This document shows, in pieces, positions 53,341-61,778 of a stretch of DNA of 64,000 nucleotides. The stretch comes from Dimorphilus gyrociliatus (lineage: Eukaryota; Animalia; Annelida): positions 744,001 to 808,000 of the forward strand of contig CAJFCJ010000006.1 of NCBI GenBank assembly GCA_904063045.1, given 5' to 3'. A program made the position numbers and the translations under genes. The first letter of the stretch is position 1. Each line of letters starts with the position of its first letter. Below the pieces are notes generated by a model. The model worked only from the letters and a program-made list of their open reading frames with translations. It was not told the DNA's origin and made no database searches.

Positions 53341-53736
53341 ATGGAGGATCGTGAATCCTCGGAAGAGATGGATGGCCTGAAGTCTTTTGTTATGGATCAA
53401 ATTGAACAACAAAATGTTTGCAAAATTTCCTGATATAATGTTTTAAAAAGAACCTCATAATCTGTTCAATTCTTTTATTCCGTTTTTAGAAAAACTCCAA
53501 TGAAAACATATCCTCTGACAGATTACAAGCTTTTGTAAATCGGGCGCTCTCAGAAAGCACTAGGTAATATGAGCTTTAGATTTTTATAGTATAAATTTAA
53601 CAAACAATCCTTGAAAAGAATGAACAAACAAGTTAAAAAATCGAAACTGGAAATGGAAAATCTATACAAAAGTCTCGGAGTCAACAATATGGATGAGTTA
53701 ACCAGAGAGCATAGAGAAGAGAATGGATTACAATAA
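53341..53736 (+). CDS. Putative ~88-aa orphan coiled-coil microprotein, 3 exons, absent from the ORF track
   Basis: Exons 53341-53415, 53490-53534 and 53590-53736 join in phase 0 via 74-nt and 55-nt GT-AG introns. Product: MEDRESSEEMDGLKSFVMDQIEQQNKNSNENISSDRLQAFYKFNKQSLKRMNKQVKKSKLEMENLYKSLGVNNMDELTREHREENGLQ*. Confidence 0.55.
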
Positions 53737-54102
53737 AAAGAAAAATTAAATAATTGTACTTTGAATAAAGTAAACTATCGGAATGTTATACATTTTTTGT
53801 TAAAATACTGTCAAATATATAATAAAACCAAAAAAAATCGTTTCAACAAATGCAAGAAAAGCTAGTGAATAAAATTAAAATCCTTTCATAAACTTTCAAA
53901 CAAATTGTTATAATTGGCTTTCTTTTTCTCTAAAAACTACCTTTTTAATTTGATAGGCAATAGATGTCTCTACCTGCCCAAATTCTTCTTTTCGCGTGTC
54001 TCCTAATTCGTACTAGAAATATTCAATTCTTGTGGAGAAAATTATAAAGTTTTGCGTTTAAAATTTAAAGTAGATTTTTGCTAAAGGGTAGAATATATAA
54101 TA

Positions 54103-55372
54103 ATGAGTGACGAAGACGAAAGATTGGAAAACTTAGACGAGCAACCTTGGGTTGGGATTAAAACACAATCTGGAAACTCAATCATAGTGAAGTACATCTT
54201 CAGTCACAAATCGTATGAACTTTTGTTATCTGATGGGATTTCATGCTATTATGAAAGGATGGAAGCAGAAGAATTATCCGAAAGAAATAAAGTATGAATA
54301 CAAATTTACTTTTAAAGAAGTACGAGTAAATTAAATTAAATGATTTATTCTATTCTGTAAAGGAAACAAACCCCAGTCTTGAATTAACTCAAGGAAAACT
54401 GTTACATTTAATTAAATCGGCCTTTACAGGAGAACGAAATGTAAAAATGATTGTTAAGAAAGAGAGTGACAAAATACAGTGCTCTTTCACTTATTCTATT
54501 TCTGGTACTCTGTTTCAATGGAAGATCATTGCCCGACGTCAAGTTGAGAGAGTAAATGTTTAACTACGACCAGATGTATATCTTCTATCTTATTTATCGT
54601 TCATTTCTATGACTATTTTTAGATGAAAAGTGATCTTTTATCTCCCCTCTTTCAAATGGCAGAAGAGCTTAGTAGACGCCAAGCAGTTTTATTTACAAAG
54701 CTACGAGAAAAGGACAAAGAAATTGATGATTTAAAAAATCAAGGCGTTAAATGCAGCAGAAGTATGAACAATACTAGTAAATAAGAAATATTACCAAACT
54801 ATAGATTTTATCTATCACTTCAGAACATTTAGAAACACCTATCTTTGATGAAAGTCTATTTCATGAATCGATGAAAAATGCCAAAGTATTCAAATTGTTC
54901 ATTTTATATAATCTAGATTTTAGTAATTAATTATTATTTATTGATTTTGAATTCAAATAGGCATTCAAAGATATCTGTAAAGATGATGATAACATGGGAT
55001 TTTCTCCACATTTACAGCGATTTTATAAAGAAATTATGAAGAAAAAATGTGAATCCGGTAATAGCACCGCTGTAACACAGTTTTGTTACTTTTCATTAAA
55101 TTTGCCGTTTCTTTAGATGATGAAGACATTCCAGCTAGTGGTAGTGGAAATAACGCTTCCAACTCTCCTGTGAAATCTGTAAGAGAAAGCCCTAAAAAAG
55201 TAAAAGACTTGTAGTTCACAAATAATGATAAAGTTATTTATTTTTAAATATTGCTCTTCCCCTATTTTAGACATCTGATCAAATGCGAAAAGAAGCTAAT
55301 GATCGTAAAAAAGCTGAAGAATATAATACTCCCGTTGTGCAATCAAAGAAAAAGAAGAAGCTAAAAATTTAG
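54103..55372 (+). CDS. NHEJ1: XLF/Cernunnos non-homologous end-joining factor, multi-exon
   Basis: EQPWVGI...KYIF...YELLLSDG; SGTLFQWK; LLSPLFQMAEEL...LREKDKEIDDLKNQG...HLETPIFDE; basic C-terminal tail SKKKKKLKI* (TAG 55370-55372). Confidence 0.85.
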
Positions 55373-56542
55373 AATCAGAGACTTTCAATTTTTCCTATTT
55401 CATCATCAGTAATGTAATTAAACGTCTAAAGAACGTTATATCTTACTATCACTGAATAGCTATTTTTAATGTTTTTACTTAATAATAATATTTATGCAAA
55501 TGATCATCTTTAAATAAATCAATCATTCAAACGCCTACAAGATGAAAAATATACAGAATATACTATGTGTACTTGAAATATCTATTGTGTCTACGACTCC
55601 GTAAATGTTTGCTTTGTTTAAAACGAAAAAGCTTTATTCTTTCATAACATAGTTCATACAAACCAATGGCTGTCACAAAAAACTACGTGCTTTTTATATT
55701 GACACATAGAAAAGCCAATTGTTATCTTACTTTCTTTTTTATTATAATCACTTCGTTCTTAGTTTTTGTGAGATAGTCTTCTATTATCCTCACAGCTGTC
55801 CTATCAAACATTAATAATACTTTTTTTCTATCGCTGTTTCATTCTTTTTTTATAAACAATGAGGCCTATAACGATTTATTGATGTCAAAATTGTAGGAAA
55901 ATATTAATATATTTAAAAGGCTAGTTCCGATCAAAAATTTAAATAATCTCGTAAGCTAATAAATAATATATATATAAGCAATACGTTAATTAAAGATGAT
56001 GAGTATTCATAAGATTTATTCAAATATAGCTGCATTATGAGTGGCTCCTATCATAAGATAAGAAAAACACTACTAAATTAACTGTGCTAACTATTGACTC
56101 ACTTTTCGGTAATATATCATTCGCCAAGAAGAAAATCTACTACTATAGAATAATTTATTATATCGTTAATGTATACATAGATAAACAACATTATAAGTTT
56201 CTGTCCTTTAATATTTATTAATAATTTGTTAGCGTCATACAAAAATTGTCTCTTGAACATTATGATCAAAATTGATCTTTAGCGAAAATCTATTATAACG
56301 CTCGAATAGCACATAAAAGTTAATAATTTTTAAAAAGCCATTTTTCACTGAAATCATTTTGTTCTTATTAATGGAAATGTTTCAACAGAATTTTTTAAGC
56401 CTAGTTTTAATTTAATAAGAAAAAACTGAATAAATTTCTATATAATAAATCACTTTTTTCCCTCAAATATGATATGTAGACTTAAGAATTAAGCGGTTGT
56501 GGCCTATACTGTGTGAAATCTAATAGGTAGCTCCATGACCTA

Positions 56543-56566
56543 CCAATCGCACTGTCAGTATAAAAA
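56543..56566 (+). promoter_or_regulatory. CCAAT (56543-56547) and TATA box TATAAAAA (56559-56566) upstream of the Cys-rich secreted gene
   Basis: The TATA box lies about 90 bp upstream of the ATG at 56653 and is followed by a pyrimidine-rich stretch. Confidence 0.55.
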
Positions 56567-56652
56567 GCACATCCCCCCTCCCCTCCACACCTTTACCCAA
56601 AAATTTTTGTTTTGAAAATATCGAACAGAGTAGATACTTTTTCCGAGTAAAA

Positions 56653-57328
56653 ATGAAATTGGCAGTACTTCTGACAGCTTATCTCTTTTCAATCGTTTTT
56701 GGTACCTATTTATCCGACTCTAAGGTATTTTGGAACTTGTTTATTAATTTAAATTATAAAAAACAATATTATTGAATTAGAATAATTTCGTGGATAGACT
56801 TCGACAACGTCTTGAATTGAATCGACTTGTTAGAAATTTAGAAGAAGTAAGTAGTTTTTTGCGATCGTAAACATATGTAATTGCTCGTATAATAGCTTAT
56901 TAAAGAGAGAATATGTCTTTTTTTTAATGATTATTTAGCTTGAAAACTACGAAGTTCTCAAGGAAACTTTGAAGAAAAAAACTTATGGAGCTGGTTTACG
57001 AACTCAGGTAACTTTTACTTTTCTTTTAATAATTAATTTATAGAAAGTAACTCATCGTAAATTTTAGTACTTTGGTTTAAAAGAGGGTGAGAATGTATGT
57101 CATCGGGTAATTTTATTGGGCAAGCTCTTTGGACGATCCAGTTGTTGGACATCAATTAAACGGTGCCGATGCGGATGCGACAGCTTAGACACGGGTGCCT
57201 TTGAGAAGAGAGGGTATTATAGCGATTTGTGCCCGGACCTTATAGAAATTAGTTCCAAGAGAGATAAGAAAGATGTTTGTATTGATGGTGATAAAAGATG
57301 TTGGTGTTATTGTCAAAGTATACTTTAA
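56653..57328 (+). CDS. Secreted cysteine-rich protein (~150 aa; signal peptide, pro-region, two tandem CxCxC modules), 4 exons
   Basis: Signal-like MKLAVLLTAYLFSIVF(G); middle exons DNFVDRLRQRLELNRLVRNLEE and LENYEVLKETLKKKTYGAGLRTQ; last exon with 10 Cys ending KRCWCYCQSIL*. The exon1/exon2 junction is uncertain because the donor phase is ambiguous. Confidence 0.7.
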
Positions 57329-57757
57329 AGTGAAATACTAATACATTATATACATAAGCAGCACATTGAAGTTTCAGTTTATTTTGAAACCGTTAATAAT
57401 TAAATTACAGATTTTTAAGTCCAACACAGAAAATTTAGAAATTCAACCTGTTATTCACTTGTCCAAAAAAGTATGTAAGATATTTAAAAACATTTTCTTA
57501 CAATAGTACATTGTAACCATAAATAACATTAAAGTATCAAAATTTCTTTATTTTTAGTGTTGCAAGTTAACGCACGCTCTTAAATGCGTCAGTGTATTTA
57601 AACAAAATATCTAACATACGATCAAAGAAATAAAAAAAATGAACTAAAAATATCGTTGTTTGTTAGCTTATAAAACTAATCACTGTATCACCAAGCAGTT
57701 TAACCATCTGATGCTGCTAATATATAAATATTTATAAAAAAAAATTCGAAAGACTAC

Positions 57758-59730
57758 TTAAAACAGCCCACAATCTTTCAAGTTATTTTTAATGATCACA
57801 TCCGTAACTGCATCAAATACGAACTGTACGTTATTTGTATCCGTGGCGCATGTAAAATGAGTATAAATATCCTTATATCCTTTTTTCTTATTCAAAAGTT
57901 CAAACTGCATTTGAATATACTCAGACGCTTCTTCAAAATTATCACCACCTGTGAATAAATTTATTATAGAATCTTTGCAAAGAAGTAAAATAAATGAACT
58001 TACCTGTATATTCCGGAAAACAATTTCTAAGGGATGATTTGGTTATTTTATCCATAAATAAATCCTTTTTGTTTAGAAAGAGAATAATCGAAGTGTCAGT
58101 AAACCATTTATTGTTGCAAATAGAGTCGAACAGCTTCATACTCTCCATCATTCGGTTCTTTGAAAGAATTTAAACAAACATTAAAATAGTGAACTTTTTA
58201 AAAAAATTAAAAATATTTACCATCTCTTGGTCTTCTGCTAGAGTTAGATCGTATTCACTCATAGCAACAATAAATATTATCGCCGTAACTCCTTCAAAGC
58301 AGTGTATCCATTTCTTTCTTTCGGATCTTTGGCCACCAACATCAAACATTCTGGAAAAGTTTTAAAAGATAATACTTTAGATCAGTAAAAGTTGGATATA
58401 ATTAAAATATATTTACTTAAAATGTAAATCTTTATGAGTGAAATGCGTTTCAACGATACCCGTAGTTTTCACCCTAGTTCGCAAAACATCTTGCTGAGTT
58501 GGTATGTAGCTTGGATCGCTAATTCGCTCTAGAGAATCCAAGTAGCTGTCGAATGAGAAACATTCGTGATTAATGAAAGAAAGTTATTACAAAGAAAATA
58601 AAGCAATTATTTATGGTTTACAATCTTTTGGATAATTCTACAAAATAGTTTAAATTATCGATTTTACAACACTTCATAATAAATCTTTAATACGTACTAT
58701 TCAGCAGAATCGTTAAGTTGATATTCTCTTGATCTGCGGAAGCATGCTTTGATTCCTGGATCATTCCACACCGACTGCATAACTAACGCCAATTCTCGAG
58801 ACATTTCGCCATCTTCTTTTCCAGCGATTGTGAAAAAACGCCTTGCATCCTCCTAGTTATGATAAAAAGCGGTTTTATAAAAAACTATATTGGATTAAAA
58901 ACTCTAATGTTACCTCTTTATCGCGACCGGCGAAGGAAATTTTAAGTTGTCCCATAGCTCGTATAATAGCAGCCAAACTCTGAATGGTATTTGAATAAAC
59001 TACGGGTTTGTATCTTTCACATTCTTCTTTTGAGTAGCCTCTATCATGAATAATTCTGCAGGAAAAAAAAACAATTATTTTCGGCCTAATTAATAATATT
59101 CCAATTCAAATACCGCATCTGTTTAACGATTGTACTCTTTCCGGACTCTCCCGCTCCTGTAAGAATAAATTGATTTTAGTTTAACAATTAGAAAAATATC
59201 AAGTTTTATTTTCTTTATCTTATCATTTTAGCTTGTCTACAATAACGATTTTCCTATAAAAAAAGAAGCTGTCAATTTGATTGAAACCAAACGTGTTGTT
59301 AGCAAGTAAATTTTCGATTCATGATCAATATCCCTTAAAATCCCAATAGACTGTTTTAACTACCCATTGTGATGACGTCAACGTATTATTTTTACCGTTA
59401 AGATTAGATATAGATAACATATGCTCCTAAGAGGCCTACTATGACAAATAATTTTTAATGCGCTGTATAAAAATATTGCTAATGAAGTATTGGTAATTGT
59501 GACCAATTTTGCGGACTTTTGTAAAAAAAAACAAATAGAATAAAAAATCGTAATTTACTTAATTGTTTATACAAAATACCTTCGCCTACCTACTTGTCAC
59601 AACAAGCCTTACCTAGAAGTAGCAGTTTTACTTCTCTTCCTGCTTTTTCTCCATCTGCTTTTAACTGTCTATCTAAAGCCCTCGACCTCTCAACAGCCGC
59701 TTTGTCTTCGCTGCTAATGGCGCAGCCCAT
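57758..59730 (-). CDS. GNAI: Heterotrimeric G protein alpha-i subunit, multi-exon
   Basis: [16 protein letters not shown] (myristoylation/palmitoylation site); GAGESGKST; [12 protein letters not shown]; [19 protein letters not shown]; LFLNKKD; TCATDT; C-terminus [10 protein letters not shown] is Gi-type (Go ends GCGLY). Confidence 0.96.
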
Positions 59731-60220
59731 TTTTAATAAAATATTGTCAATTAAAGTAAGGTAAAGATCCGGTTTCTAAGCACGGCGTCTGCTGAAAAGA
59801 AGCGCCAACGACCTAATTAGTTTATAAAGTTAAAAAGATAGATATAATAGTAAAACTTACCAAAATCTACCGATTCGCAATTGACACCAATTGAGTAAGA
59901 TTATTAATAAACAAAAAATTCGTGCAAAAGTCTGTCTATCTGATATATAATCGCCGTCAAGGCTTGCACAAATTCAAATATTAAATATTTTACCCGGATG
60001 TGTTAAATAGCGCTGAGGCGAATGAGAGAGAGTTTGGGAAAATGGCTGCTATTCACCACCTAAAGGAGCCATATTTGAATATGTTAACTGCCATAACCGC
60101 TTTTTAAACCGTTTGAAAGCGCCATCTATTGGTAAAATAGTGTCAAGGACAATTAATAGGAAAAGTTTTTTGTATCTTTAATATTCCAATTAATGGTAAA
60201 CTGATCGTACAGTAAAAAAA

Positions 60221-61651
60221 ATGTTTTCTCAAAGGTTAGCTTTGAATCGGATTCATCAATTGTCAAAATTTGCCAGCATTATTCCAGAGCATGTTTTCTC
60301 TGCGAGAACTATGGCGGTTGTATCGTACTTTTGTCTTGAATAATTTAATGCTATTAAAAAACCAATACGCAGATACAAAAGAAAACTTGTTTATACGATT
60401 TTCATGTTCAAAACGACGGCAAAATGGTTAATTTCGCTGGATTTTCCATGCCAGTTCAATACAAGGGCTTAAGCATCACTGATTCCCATTTGCACACTAG
60501 GCGAAATGCATCCATTTTCGATGTTTCTCACATGCTTCAAACAAAAATACTTGGCAATGATAGAGAAGAATTTTTTGAAAAACTAACAGTATCTGACGTC
60601 AAAAATTTAGCAGAGGGACAGGGAACATTATCCTTGTTTACAAATGAAAAGGGGGGCATTGAAGATGATCTTATTGTTACTAAAGCAGCGGAAGGTTATC
60701 TTTATGTTGTGTCAAATGCGGGCTGCCTCGAAAAGGATTTGGAATATATGCAAAAAGCAGCTAAAAATTTTAGAGATCAAGGAAAAGACGTTCAAGTAGA
60801 AGTCGTCAAAAATGGATTATTAGCTTTGCAAGGTCCAAAAATGAAGGATGTTCTACAACCTTTAATAGATTGTCAATTATCGGAATTGACATTCATGAGA
60901 TCCGTTCTGACAAGGGTAGCCGGTATCGATTGTCGAGTTACTAGATGTGGGTACACAGGAGAGGATGGAGTTGAAGTAAAAATTTCAAATTGATACTACG
61001 AGATTTAATTAAGAAATTTAGTATGATTTCAAATATAGAAAAACTTATTATTATTCTTATATAGATATCCGTTGCTGAGAATCAAGCAGCGATTCTTGCC
61101 GAAAAACTACTCGATAATCCTCTTACCCGGTTGGCCGGATTAGGAGCAAGGGATACTTTACGATTAGAGGCGGGATTGTGCTTATATGGAAATGATATGA
61201 ATGGTGAAACCACTCCAGTTGAAGCCGTTCTTGCTTGGACCATTCCGAAACGAAGAAGACTTGATGGAAAGTTTCCTGGAGCTTCAATAATTAACAGACA
61301 ATTAAAAGAGGGAGCCACTAAAAAGCGAGTTGGATTCTTATCAAAAGGTCCCCCTGTCAGAGGTAAAGTGGACAGCTGGCTTATAAATTTTTTATATCGG
61401 ATTCAAAAGTTTCTCTCTTTATTATAGAAGGAACTGTTATACTTAATGAAGAAGGTACAGAGGAGATAGGAAAAATAACAAGTGGATGTCCATCTCCGTC
61501 ATTGAAACAAAACGTGTCTATGGGTTATATCATGAAAAATCATTCTAAGATTGGTTCCAAAGTGAGATTTTTAGTGAGAAAGAAGTTTGTCGATGGAGCA
61601 ATTGTGAAAATGCCCTTTGTACCTATGGGTTATTATCACGGAGAAAAGTAG
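60221..61651 (+). CDS. AMT: Aminomethyltransferase (glycine cleavage T protein), mitochondrial, 4 exons
   Basis: Transit-like [14 protein letters not shown]; KTCLYDFH...[15 protein letters not shown]; FDVSHM; LALQGP; [13 protein letters not shown]; [18 protein letters not shown]; TSGCPSP. Stop TAG 61649-61651. Confidence 0.96.
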
Positions 61652-61778
61652 TTTAGGAAGCGAAATCTTTCATATTTTAATATTTGACAAGAAATTTAAA
61701 TATCAAATTGTGAATTATGTATCATAAGGTCAATTTCGTTTATATTTTCATTAATATTTCAAAATAGCTGCAGTATAT

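Noticed and set aside
21232-61651. Amino-acid catabolism cluster (AASS, HYKK, AMT)
   Set aside because: The genes are 7-26 kb apart with many unrelated genes between them; there is no evidence of a functional cluster.
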